Source: Eubacteriales bacterium
GTDB lineage: Bacteria; Bacillota; Clostridia; Oscillospirales; CAG-272
Assembly (NCBI GenBank): GCA_045645175.1
Contig: JAZRIH010000230.1
Span: 1 to 34,891 of the forward strand
DNA: 34,891 nt
Direction of reading: 5' to 3'
Positions within the stretch are counted from its first letter, which is position 1. Each line of letters begins with the position of its first letter. The position numbers and the translations under genes are program-made. Below, piece after piece: positions 7,925 through 16,605 of the stretch. The notes under the pieces are model-generated. The model ran no database searches. It saw only the letters and a list, made by a program, of their open reading frames with translations, and was not told where the DNA came from.

Positions 7925-10321
7925 TTACTGTGCTTTTATCGTAACATAGATCGGCTCCATTCCTTCAGAGCTGATCTGCACACGGATATCTCCAGGCTCT
8001 TCGGCATAGATCATTGCCATCAGCCATCCGGAGAACATTCGGCGTTCAGATGCGCCGTACAGGGTAAGATCATACATATCGCCTGCATCCATACCGATCA
8101 ATCGACCGGGACCTGATACCACCTCACAGCGCACAAGGGGCGTTGCCGTAGGGACGTGACGGCCTTGGAGATCGATAGTAGAGATGTCAATGTGTGCAAC
8201 CCCATCGGTATTCATTACAGAACGATCGGCAGTTGCCTTCAATGCTACCGCTTCACCGGTTGTTTCGACGATCGTTTCCATTGCAACTTCGCCATTCTTA
8301 TATCCAACCGCTCTCAGTGTGCCCGGCTCATATACTACATCAAATGACAGATGCAGATCATGGGTGGTAGGGCTTACCGCCGGACGCTCGTTCCAGACTC
8401 GGGTAGCGCCGTAATAAGGCGCACCGCAGGCTTTGGTACCTACCTTGCGATCATTGATATACAGATCCACTTTTTCGCAGTTGGTATACACGATGACCTG
8501 TTGGTATTCGCCTTCTTCCCCCATTCGGTTCCAGTGAGGAACGATGTGCAAGGTCAGGTCATCCCGATTCCAAATTGACCGGAAATAGTAATATCCATCC
8601 TTAGGGAATCCTGCGGAGTCGATCGGTCCGCTGACAGAGCCGCGTCTGGGCCAGCCGCTTTCTCCCAGATAATCGATTCCAGTCCAGAGATAATCCCCTG
8701 CAACAAACTCACGGCTTGCCATGTATCTCCAAAGCCATTCGTGTTTCAGCGAAGCTGTGCGATAGTTATAGCGGTACCATCTGGACAGATCCCGCGGTTC
8801 ATAAAGACCGCGATCTCCGCCGACGCTGGCGTTTTCCGTACCAATGAATCGGCGCTTGGGATAAAGATGTCTGTCTTCGTCATACTGCGTTTCTGCGCGC
8901 TCACGCCAGCGATCCACGTAGTTGTAGCCCACTACATCCAGAACCTCTTCAAATTCACGCAGCGTGGTGCCGGGTGGCGGTGCGACGATGTTATCGCACG
9001 CAGCAGTGACCATGCGAGTTGGATCTTCCCGATGACAGATATCCTGCAGCCACTCGGCGATTGCAGGCCCGTTGTCTGCAGATTGTTCAGGAATTTCATT
9101 TCCGATACTCCAGATCACAACAGATGGATGATTGCGGTCACGGCGCAACATCATCGTCATGATTTTCTCAGCGTGCTGATCAAAATACTGGCTGGATCCA
9201 TAAGCAAAATTGGTACTGTAATAGTTCCGGTTCTTATCTTTGGTCAGCATCCACTCATCAAATGCTTCATCCATAACGAGAAATCCCAGTTCATCGCAAA
9301 GATCCAGCAGTTCAACCGAAGGCGGATTGTGGGCACAACGGATTCCGTTGCAGCCCATATCCTTGAGCGCTCTCAACCGACGCTCCCAGGTCTCACGGTA
9401 ACCCACGGCACCGGTCAGTCCGCAATCGTGATGTACACACATTCCCTTGATTTTGACCGATGTTCCGTTCAAGAGGAATCCCTTGTCGCAATCAAAGGTA
9501 GCTGTACGCAATCCTACCTTCATGCTGACTTCGTCCACCGGCTCATTATCCACCAGCACGGTGCTTTTCAGGGTATACAGATACGGATCGGTATCTGTCC
9601 ACAGATGAGGATTGTCAAGTCCCGGATAGGTCATTGCGGTGCCCTGCTCATTGGCTTCCAGTTGCAGTGCAGTTCCTGCCGTGAGAACCTGCTTACCCTG
9701 GGCATCATATAAACGATGGATTACGCCGGAATTCACCGCATGGTCGCTTTCGTTGGAAATCTCCGCCATGATTCGGATGATCGCCAGCTTGTTATCTCTG
9801 AAAAGATTGCCTACGGAACAAAATACGCCCCATTGATTTATATGAACCGGTTCGGTCACATTCAGCCATACATTGCGATAGATACCGGACCCCGTGTACC
9901 AGCGAGAGTTGGGTTGACGGCTGTTATCCACACGAATGGCCAGCACATTATCTCCCGGTCTCAGTGCAGCGGTAAGATCTACAGAGAAAGAGCTGTATCC
10001 GTATCCGTTGGAACCCACCTCGATACCGTTCAGATAAATGCGGCTGTCCATATAGATTCCGTCGAACAGGACAGAAACAATTTTACCGTCGTAAGCCGGA
10101 TCGCAGGTGAAATGCTTGCGATACCAACCGATTCCTGCAACCGCATAACCGCCGCCGCTGCCACAAGGACTCTTTTCATCTGGAGGATATTCAATACTCC
10201 AGTCGTGAGGAAGTCTGACAGATCTCCACTGACTGTCATCATAATCCGGCAAACGGTAGGCAGGATCATCATCCAAGTTAAACTGCCAGTGGTGGTTGAA
10301 GCTTTCATGAATTCGAGGCAT
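7925..10321 (-). CDS. GH2 glycoside hydrolase (beta-galactosidase-like, specificity not assignable)
   Basis: 798-aa ORF with DDSQWRSVRLPHDWSIE, NGIRCAHNP and VIWSIGNE blocks typical of GH2. AAGGAG lies upstream of ATG 10321. The gap to the GH43 gene is 45 nt with no hairpin, which suggests an operon. Confidence 0.85.
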   Translation of the reverse strand: MPRIHESFNHHWQFNLDDDPAYRLPDYDDSQWRSVRLPHDWSIEYPPDEKSPCGSGGGYAVAGIGWYRKHFTCDPAYDGKIVSVLFDGIYMDSRIYLNGIEVGSNGYGYSSFSVDLTAALRPGDNVLAIRVDNSRQPNSRWYTGSGIYRNVWLNVTEPVHINQWGVFCSVGNLFRDNKLAIIRIMAEISNESDHAVNSGVIHRLYDAQGKQVLTAGTALQLEANEQGTAMTYPGLDNPHLWTDTDPYLYTLKSTVLVDNEPVDEVSMKVGLRTATFDCDKGFLLNGTSVKIKGMCVHHDCGLTGAVGYRETWERRLRALKDMGCNGIRCAHNPPSVELLDLCDELGFLVMDEAFDEWMLTKDKNRNYYSTNFAYGSSQYFDQHAEKIMTMMLRRDRNHPSVVIWSIGNEIPEQSADNGPAIAEWLQDICHREDPTRMVTAACDNIVAPPPGTTLREFEEVLDVVGYNYVDRWRERAETQYDEDRHLYPKRRFIGTENASVGGDRGLYEPRDLSRWYRYNYRTASLKHEWLWRYMASREFVAGDYLWTGIDYLGESGWPRRGSVSGPIDSAGFPKDGYYYFRSIWNRDDLTLHIVPHWNRMGEEGEYQQVIVYTNCEKVDLYINDRKVGTKACGAPYYGATRVWNERPAVSPTTHDLHLSFDVVYEPGTLRAVGYKNGEVAMETIVETTGEAVALKATADRSVMNTDGVAHIDISTIDLQGRHVPTATPLVRCEVVSGPGRLIGMDAGDMYDLTLYGASERRMFSGWLMAMIYAEEPGDIRVQISSEGMEPIYVTIKAQ

Positions 10322-10492
10322 GGTCTGATCTCCTTTTCACTAACTGTTTTCAGGGCTGTTTTGAATCAGCAGCACGAGCATTTATAAAAATAATCGCAAA
10401 TCTTATGCATTTGTAAAACAAACTCCGATCAGATATTGTCCACATCTCAAGAGTTTCAATGCCACTTTTTTGCACAAATCACCCAAACACGC

Positions 10493-10521
10493 TTGACATT
10501 TCATCGAGCATCTTTTATAAT
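10493..10521 (+). promoter_or_regulatory. sigma-A type promoter for the AraC-family regulator
   Basis: TTGACA (10493-10498), a 17-nt spacer, then TATAAT (10516-10521). Confidence 0.6.
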
Positions 10522-10594
10522 TATATACAAATCGTGTGTAAATGTATATAACATATGTTTGAGTTTTTATAACAATAATCTCAGGAGCATTCAG

Positions 10595-11494
10595 ATGGCG
10601 AAATGGATCAATGTGGATGAAAATCAACGGCAGATTTCTCATGTGGAAGACCCTACGTTTTGGTTCGGCATCTATATGGATGAATACAAAAAAATGGATG
10701 GGCATATGCTGCCCCTCCATTGGCATAAATCTCTTGAATATGAACTGGTAATTTCGGGAAAAGTGGAGATGCGCATTGATAACGAGACGGTTACGCTGGA
10801 AGTCGGTGACTGTGCGTTTATCAATTCCAATACACTCCACAGCGGAATTCAACTGAGCACAACCGAAGACGCGGTGGTGTGCGCGGTCAGTTTTATTCCC
10901 GATGTGCTCACGGGAAGTGTAGAAAATACCGTATATCAAAAGTATTTTCAACCCATATTCGGGAAGACGGTGTACGGTTTCAAGATTGACTGCCAGACAC
11001 CTACGGGCAAAAACATTTATAACACACTTTGCCGGCTTTCCAAACTCAAAAAGGACAGCTTTGGATATGAGCTGATGGCCATCTCCCAAACCTGTGAGCT
11101 GTGGCTGGATACATTAAAATACATTCAAGAAAATAATCCGGATTCAGGCAACAAAAAAGAGACCTATTCCCATAAGAAGGATGCGATGAAGGTCATGCTG
11201 GAATATGTGCAGGAGAATTATGACAAGAATATTTCGATTGACAGTCTATTAGAGCACACGCATATCAGTCGAAGCGAATGCTTCCGCTCTTTCAAGCAGT
11301 ATACCGGAAAAACTCCCCTCGAATATATAAACGATTATCGCCTGCTGCAAGCCGAGCATTTGCTGAGAACCACCACGCTTTCGCTGATTGATATATGCTT
11401 GTCCTGCGGTTTTGCCGGACAAAGTTATTTCGGGAAATTATTCAAACAGCGGTATGGCGTATCTCCCTCCCGATACAGAAAAGCCCACAATTGA
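10595..11494 (+). CDS. AraC-family transcriptional regulator (N-terminal cupin sensor, C-terminal double HTH)
   Basis: The C-terminus ISIDSLLEHTHISRSECFRSFKQYTGKTPLEYINDYRLLQAEHLL...CGFAGQSYFGKLFKQRYGVSPSRYR is a classic AraC HTH. I set the start at ATG 10595 (MAKWINV) because AGGAG lies 7 nt upstream. Confidence 0.85.
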   Translation: MAKWINVDENQRQISHVEDPTFWFGIYMDEYKKMDGHMLPLHWHKSLEYELVISGKVEMRIDNETVTLEVGDCAFINSNTLHSGIQLSTTEDAVVCAVSFIPDVLTGSVENTVYQKYFQPIFGKTVYGFKIDCQTPTGKNIYNTLCRLSKLKKDSFGYELMAISQTCELWLDTLKYIQENNPDSGNKKETYSHKKDAMKVMLEYVQENYDKNISIDSLLEHTHISRSECFRSFKQYTGKTPLEYINDYRLLQAEHLLRTTTLSLIDICLSCGFAGQSYFGKLFKQRYGVSPSRYRKAHN

Positions 11495-11517
11495 CCCTAA
11501 ATTTTGCAATATGCTGT

Positions 11518-11556
11518 AAAATGCCCCCAAGAGTTGAACACTCTTGGGGGCATTTC
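11518..11556. terminator. bidirectional intrinsic terminator between convergent AraC and GH2 genes
   Basis: AAATGCCCCCAAGAGT / ACTCTTGGGGGCATTT forms a 16-bp stem with a 5-nt loop. It has an A-run on one side and a T-run on the other. Confidence 0.75.
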
Positions 11557-11591
11557 TGTTTCGCCACAAGATCGAACTGTCAAAATCGATT

Positions 11592-14333
11592 TTATTCCAG
11601 AATCCAGCGGACAGGACGATTGATGGCACAGAAGGGATGGTTAGCCTCCAACACCGCCCAAACCTCAACCTCATCTCCTGTCTGCAAACCCTCACATTCC
11701 AGATCCAAAGGAGCTTTGGTAAAGTACTCCCTCTCTGCGAAGAACCGCTTGTCCCCCGAATAGAGGTACACTCTGCCCCGTCCCTCGAAAATTTCAAAGT
11801 GAACGGTGGCCTTGGTGAAAGCATGGGATGTCTCGGGCACTCTCGTGCGAATGAAGTGAATCAGCCGTGCATTTTCCACACATCCGTCACCGGGCTGAGG
11901 ATTTTTTGAGAAGCGCAGACCCGTGAAATTCTCGTCATTACCTCTGCCGGGATTGTGACGAGTCCAGAAATTGAAGTTCGGGGACAGGTGCATACGGTCG
12001 ATGTCAGGCCAAGGCTGATTGATCAGCGTCTTGGAATAGAGCCATTCATCCAAGAATCGGCAATCCTCGGTAGGCACTTCAGGAATCGGAGCGGTGATCT
12101 CTTTTTCCACGGTAATCTCGGCGGTCTCGAAACCGTCAATCGATGCTTCTACCACGATGGACTCTGGATCGGCAGATGATTCCACGAAGATCTGCGCCTT
12201 GTTGCGATGCAATCTGATCTCGGGTTTCTTCCAGCTTGCGTGATCGGCACGGTTGGGCGAGCCAACTGCGAGAAATTTACCGCCCTGCTTCACATCGAAT
12301 TTTACAAGCAGATCGACGCTGTTGGGCAATACGATGCCTTTTTTGTCGGCAAGAGCTACCGAAATGATCGCCACATCCTTGCCGTTGGAGCGAATCTTAT
12401 GGAGAATGTCCGGATTTTCAAGCCAAAGAACAACCTTGGCCGCCTTGCCTGCGGTCATCAGTGTATCTTCCAGCATTTTTCCGCTCTCAGTGATGCCCAC
12501 AGCTCTCAGCTCGCCTGCTTCGTAAGCAACCTCGTAGGTCGCAGATGCGGTCTTTTCGTCAATCGCGCGCTTGCCCAGCGATCTTCCGTTGAGGAAAAGC
12601 TCTACTTCCTTGGTGCTCGAGTAGATCTTTACAGGCATCGACTCGCCTTCCTTGCCCTGATGCGTCCAATGACCTACGATCTTGAGCGAATCGGCAGTAG
12701 TCCAGAGCGCCTTTTCACGGTAGAAATTATCCAGCGGATCGCAGAGAAGATTGAAGGTGGAACGGGAATCATTGCCGCTGAAAAGGTTCGGATATGCGGT
12801 CTCGCCGCGGTAAGGGAGTCCGCCAAAGCCAAGACAGCCGAAGATATATGGTCTGGTTTTGCAATAAGCACGGATGGAATCGGTCAACCCTTCCTCCGAG
12901 AAGTAGATAGGCTTATGGGGATTGTTCGTCCGCACTGCATCCAGCGCCTTTTCATCATAAACGTGATTGATGCCGATGAGATCGATATCATCCATCATAC
13001 CGGGGATAGCGGTCGCCACATTGTCCGCACCCGTGGCAGGACGGGTAGGATCCAGACGATGGGTAAGCGCATCAAGAGTTGTAAAGATGTTGGTGCCCTG
13101 ATACTGATCTCTATAAAATTCTTCGTTAAAAAGGCTCCACATAATAATCGACGGATGGTTGCGGTCACGCTTAATCATGCGCGCGACCTCGTCCTGAACC
13201 TGCATCGAGGAAGAGAACCATCGGTTTTCATCCATGCAAAACAGACCCAGTCTGTCGCAGGCATCGTAGAGAGCAGGGGCAAAGGGATTGTGCGCCGTGC
13301 GGAAGGTGTTAAATCCGGCTGATTTCAGCTTTGCCATACGGTATTCGCTGAGGGTATCGGGCATACCGATGCCGAAGCCCGTGGAATCCTGATGACTTCC
13401 GTAGCCCACGAGGAAATACTTCTGATCGTTGCAGAAAAATCCGTCGCTGGCGGTGTAACGGATGGTTCGATAGCCAAAGGGTGTTTCATAGGTGTCAGTC
13501 ACCTCGCCGTCCACCGAAACCGTGGTGTGGAGAGTGTAAAGTGTGGGAGCTTCGATGTTCCAACGGGTGATGTTATGTACCTCTAAGCTCTGCCGGAAGG
13601 TGCATTTATCACGGGATTCGACCGGTTTGGTGGACTGCACCCGTCCGATGAGTTTTCCGTCTCTGTCCAAAATCTCGGAGGTAACGGTGATCTCCTTGTC
13701 CTCGTTATAGCGGTTGACGATCTCGGTATCGATGAACGTGTTGAAGTCGTTCCCTTCGATTGGCTCCGAGCGCACGAAAGTTCCCCAAAGATCCACATAA
13801 GCAAGCCCCGATTTTACCAGCCAAACATGGCGGTAGATGCCGCCACCCTCGTAGTACCAGCCCTCGAACTCACTCTGATCCAGGTAGACTGCCACCACGT
13901 TGGGATCCTCTCCGTAGCGGGCAATGTCGGTGATGTCTACATCAAAGCCGACCCCTGCGGTATAGTTGCGGAACATGGGCTGTCCGTTGACATGAACGAT
14001 ACAGGCGGTGGCGACTCCCTCGAAGTGAAGGACAATCCGCTTGCCCCGATCGCATTCATCCAGCAAGAAGGTGCGGCGGTACCATGCATTCTCACGGGGG
14101 AGGGAGCCCTGGGAATAGGGCTCATCTTGGGTGGGTGTACCCTCTACCACATAATCGTGGGGCAGATCCACCACCCGCCATGCGGAGTCATCAAAATCCC
14201 GTCTGCCGGGACCTTTGGAAGATGCGGTCTTGGTCACTGTATAGAGCGCATCGTGACCCATGTATTTTTTGTAGGTCACCTCTCCTTTATGAAAGCGCCA
14301 AGCGCGGTCCAGAGAAAGAATCTGTCTGTTCAT
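11592..14333 (-). CDS. GH2 glycoside hydrolase, long form with an uncharacterised C-terminal ~160-aa domain
   Basis: DDSAWRVVDLPHDYVVEG, NTFRTAHNP and IMWSLFNEE blocks are typical of GH2. I set the start at ATG 14333 (MNRQIL) because AGGAGG lies 9 nt upstream. No signal peptide. Confidence 0.8.
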   Translation of the reverse strand: MNRQILSLDRAWRFHKGEVTYKKYMGHDALYTVTKTASSKGPGRRDFDDSAWRVVDLPHDYVVEGTPTQDEPYSQGSLPRENAWYRRTFLLDECDRGKRIVLHFEGVATACIVHVNGQPMFRNYTAGVGFDVDITDIARYGEDPNVVAVYLDQSEFEGWYYEGGGIYRHVWLVKSGLAYVDLWGTFVRSEPIEGNDFNTFIDTEIVNRYNEDKEITVTSEILDRDGKLIGRVQSTKPVESRDKCTFRQSLEVHNITRWNIEAPTLYTLHTTVSVDGEVTDTYETPFGYRTIRYTASDGFFCNDQKYFLVGYGSHQDSTGFGIGMPDTLSEYRMAKLKSAGFNTFRTAHNPFAPALYDACDRLGLFCMDENRWFSSSMQVQDEVARMIKRDRNHPSIIMWSLFNEEFYRDQYQGTNIFTTLDALTHRLDPTRPATGADNVATAIPGMMDDIDLIGINHVYDEKALDAVRTNNPHKPIYFSEEGLTDSIRAYCKTRPYIFGCLGFGGLPYRGETAYPNLFSGNDSRSTFNLLCDPLDNFYREKALWTTADSLKIVGHWTHQGKEGESMPVKIYSSTKEVELFLNGRSLGKRAIDEKTASATYEVAYEAGELRAVGITESGKMLEDTLMTAGKAAKVVLWLENPDILHKIRSNGKDVAIISVALADKKGIVLPNSVDLLVKFDVKQGGKFLAVGSPNRADHASWKKPEIRLHRNKAQIFVESSADPESIVVEASIDGFETAEITVEKEITAPIPEVPTEDCRFLDEWLYSKTLINQPWPDIDRMHLSPNFNFWTRHNPGRGNDENFTGLRFSKNPQPGDGCVENARLIHFIRTRVPETSHAFTKATVHFEIFEGRGRVYLYSGDKRFFAEREYFTKAPLDLECEGLQTGDEVEVWAVLEANHPFCAINRPVRWILE

Positions 14334-14402
14334 CTTGATATACCTCCTGTGATTTGTTATAGGTTCATCATAAAGATGCGAAAACACCTTATATTTACCC
14401 AT

Positions 14403-14431
14403 ATTATACCACGGATTTTTTTCAGTTTCAA
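14403..14431 (-). promoter_or_regulatory. sigma-A type promoter for the long GH2 gene
   Basis: On the minus strand: TTGAAA, a 17-nt spacer, then TGgTATAAT (extended -10). Confidence 0.6.
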
Positions 14432-14484
14432 TATAGAGAAAGAGGGAAAATTGATACAAAACGTCTAAACAATGTCTGCTTTAC

Positions 14485-14513
14485 TTGACATATACTGTAA
14501 AATATGCTATAAT
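14485..14513 (+). promoter_or_regulatory. perfect-consensus sigma-A promoter upstream of the GH36-like gene
   Basis: TTGACA (14485-14490), a 17-nt spacer, then TATAAT (14508-14513). Confidence 0.65.
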
Positions 14514-14781
14514 TCGCAATGCAGAGAAGCAGGCGGGTGATACACCTATACCTCGCCCAACTGCTGAGTAGAATTCTCCAATGGCTCCATCGTCAATTCC
14601 GCATTGGCAGAGAAAACGCTGTACGCAGGCTTTGGGACGGGTTACAGTGGTTCCAGCAATTTCACCGATATTACCATCAGCAATTTTACGCTCAACGGCA
14701 CACCCGTGAAGCTTGCAAGTTGCCTACGATGGGTATTGCTACATGGACTATATGGATAAGCATTTTTGAAAGGACGACAGG
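14514..14781 (+). other. 268-nt 5' leader of unknown function (candidate cis-regulatory RNA or decayed gene remnant)
   Basis: This is the distance from the consensus promoter to ATG 14782. There is no SD-preceded ORF and no Rfam motif that I recognise. It contains direct repeats GCAGAGAA (14521, 14607) and CAGCAATTT (14654, 14678). Confidence 0.35.
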
Positions 14782-16551
14782 ATGAAAAAAACTGTATTTA
14801 CATGGGACAATTGGGAAGACAGTCCGCAGATTCAGGTAACCTCCATTGAATCCGATCACAAGGCAATCGAATATTATCGTATCACCGTAGACTATCCCGA
14901 AAAACGTGTCCCGGATCGAATCAAGTTCACCTTTTTCACCGATTTCAATGACATTTTCGGCTGTTGGACCCCCGAAGGGCGGTTTAGGCACGAACTCATG
15001 GCATCCTGGCGTCCCCTAGATACCCATTCTCGCTCAGCATCGGGGGCCCCAGTCTTCGCGCTTTATGCCAAAAACAGTGAAAACCGATGCACCTTCGCTC
15101 TTGCCGACGTGGCCAATCCTGTCCGCCTGAGTGCAGGTGTAGAGGAACCCACCGGCGAAATCCGATGCACAGTTGAACTGTTCACCAATTTAGTGGATGC
15201 CATAGACCATTACGAAACCATCCTGCGCATTGACAAGACGCGGCGTCCCTATTATGAGTGCACCACAGGTATGCGCGCTTGGTGGACAGATATCGGCTAT
15301 GCCCCTGCCCCCGTACCTGTTTTTTCCAAGCGGGCGATGTTTTCCTCTTGGTACAATTTTCAAAAGGATATCACCGAAGAAACGGTACTGGAGCAATGCC
15401 GTATGGCAAAATCCTACGGGATAGACACCGTAATTCTCGACGACGGCTGGCAGTGCGACGAGGTGCAGACCGGCTATTCCTATTGCGGAGACTGGGAGGC
15501 AGTTCCCTCCAAATTCCCCGATATGCGCCGGTTTGTTGATCGGCTCCACGAGATGAGAATGAAATGCATTTTGTGGTATTCAGTGCCTTTTGTAGGTATT
15601 TATGCAAAGAATTACCCCCATTTTGCAGGGAAATATCTCCGTGCCTATAACGGAAAACGTGACGTATTCGTTCTCGATCCTCGCTTCCCCGACGTGCGCA
15701 AGTGGCTGGTAGACACCTACCGAACCGCCGTCACCGATTGGGATCTGGACGGTTTGAAGCTGGACTTCATCGACAGCTTTTCCCTTGCCCGCGAATCTTC
15801 CCCCGTCATAGAGGAAATGGATTGCCCCTCACTGGAAACGGCAGTGGAACAGCTCCTGTGCGAGATCATGACGGCGCTTCGCCGAGCCAAGCCCGATATT
15901 ATGATCGAATTCCGCCAATCCTACATCGGTCCCATTATGCAGAAATACGGCAACATTCTCCGTGTCGGTGATTGCGCAGGTGGTTCGCTGATCAACCGCG
16001 TGGCTTCCATTGATCTGCGACTAATCACCGGCGATGCCAGCATTGGAGAGTCGACGGCGGTCCACTCGGATATGCTGATGTGGGATTACACCGCCACCCC
16101 CGAGGGAGCGGCAGATCAACTTTCAGCTTGTCTGTTCACGACTCCCCAAATCTCGATCCTGTTTGATCGTCTTCCCGAAAGCCATCAGAAAATGCTCCGC
16201 ACCTATCTGGATTTCATGGCGGAGCATCGGGATGTATTACTCTTTGGCAAACTGATGCCCCTTTTCCCCGAGGCAAACTACGCACAGGTACTTGCCGAAA
16301 AAGACCGCAAACTCATCGCCGCGCTTTACGAGAATCCTCTGCTGGTGCTCCCTGACGGCACAAAACGCCTGATCGCCGTCAATGCCACGGGCAACAAGGC
16401 TGTTTACGTGGAGAATGACGGTGAGACTATGCAAAGAACCTGCACGGTGAAAAACTGCATGGGCGAGTTGATTGCACAATACGATCTCACGCTTCCTGTG
16501 GGAATCAGCAAATTCGAAGTCCCCCACAACGGATTCTTGTATCTTGACTAA
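14782..16551 (+). CDS. clan GH-D (GH36/GH27-like, melibiase family) glycosidase, probable alpha-galactosidase-type enzyme
   Basis: 589-aa ORF with VILDDGWQ, DLDGLKLDFID (K-x-D nucleophile-region motif) and GDCAGGS blocks that resemble GH36. No signal peptide. Confidence 0.65.
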   Translation: MKKTVFTWDNWEDSPQIQVTSIESDHKAIEYYRITVDYPEKRVPDRIKFTFFTDFNDIFGCWTPEGRFRHELMASWRPLDTHSRSASGAPVFALYAKNSENRCTFALADVANPVRLSAGVEEPTGEIRCTVELFTNLVDAIDHYETILRIDKTRRPYYECTTGMRAWWTDIGYAPAPVPVFSKRAMFSSWYNFQKDITEETVLEQCRMAKSYGIDTVILDDGWQCDEVQTGYSYCGDWEAVPSKFPDMRRFVDRLHEMRMKCILWYSVPFVGIYAKNYPHFAGKYLRAYNGKRDVFVLDPRFPDVRKWLVDTYRTAVTDWDLDGLKLDFIDSFSLARESSPVIEEMDCPSLETAVEQLLCEIMTALRRAKPDIMIEFRQSYIGPIMQKYGNILRVGDCAGGSLINRVASIDLRLITGDASIGESTAVHSDMLMWDYTATPEGAADQLSACLFTTPQISILFDRLPESHQKMLRTYLDFMAEHRDVLLFGKLMPLFPEANYAQVLAEKDRKLIAALYENPLLVLPDGTKRLIAVNATGNKAVYVENDGETMQRTCTVKNCMGELIAQYDLTLPVGISKFEVPHNGFLYLD

Positions 16552-16563
16552 CCCTATCACACG

Positions 16564-16601
16564 AAAAAACCTCAGAAAGAGTCAACTCTTTCTGAGGTTT
16601 T
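16564..16601. terminator. bidirectional intrinsic terminator between the GH36-like and M20 genes
   Basis: AAAAAACCTCAGAAAGAG-tcaa-CTCTTTCTGAGGTTTT. The core stem is 12 bp and is flanked by an A-tract and a T-tract. Confidence 0.8.
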
Positions 16602-16605
16602 CATA

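Noticed and set aside
10403-11089. A 228-aa minus-strand ORF overlaps the AraC promoter and the AraC N-terminal half.
   Set aside because: It is antisense to a well-supported AraC gene, has no SD, and its translation looks like antisense noise.
14519-14785. An 88-aa ORF fills the GH36 leader and ends in ATGA with the GH36 start codon.
   Set aside because: It has no SD, an R/Q/W/H-rich composition typical of out-of-frame sequence, and no family resemblance. I kept it only as an alternative (leaderless upstream ORF) within the leader finding, not as a gene call.
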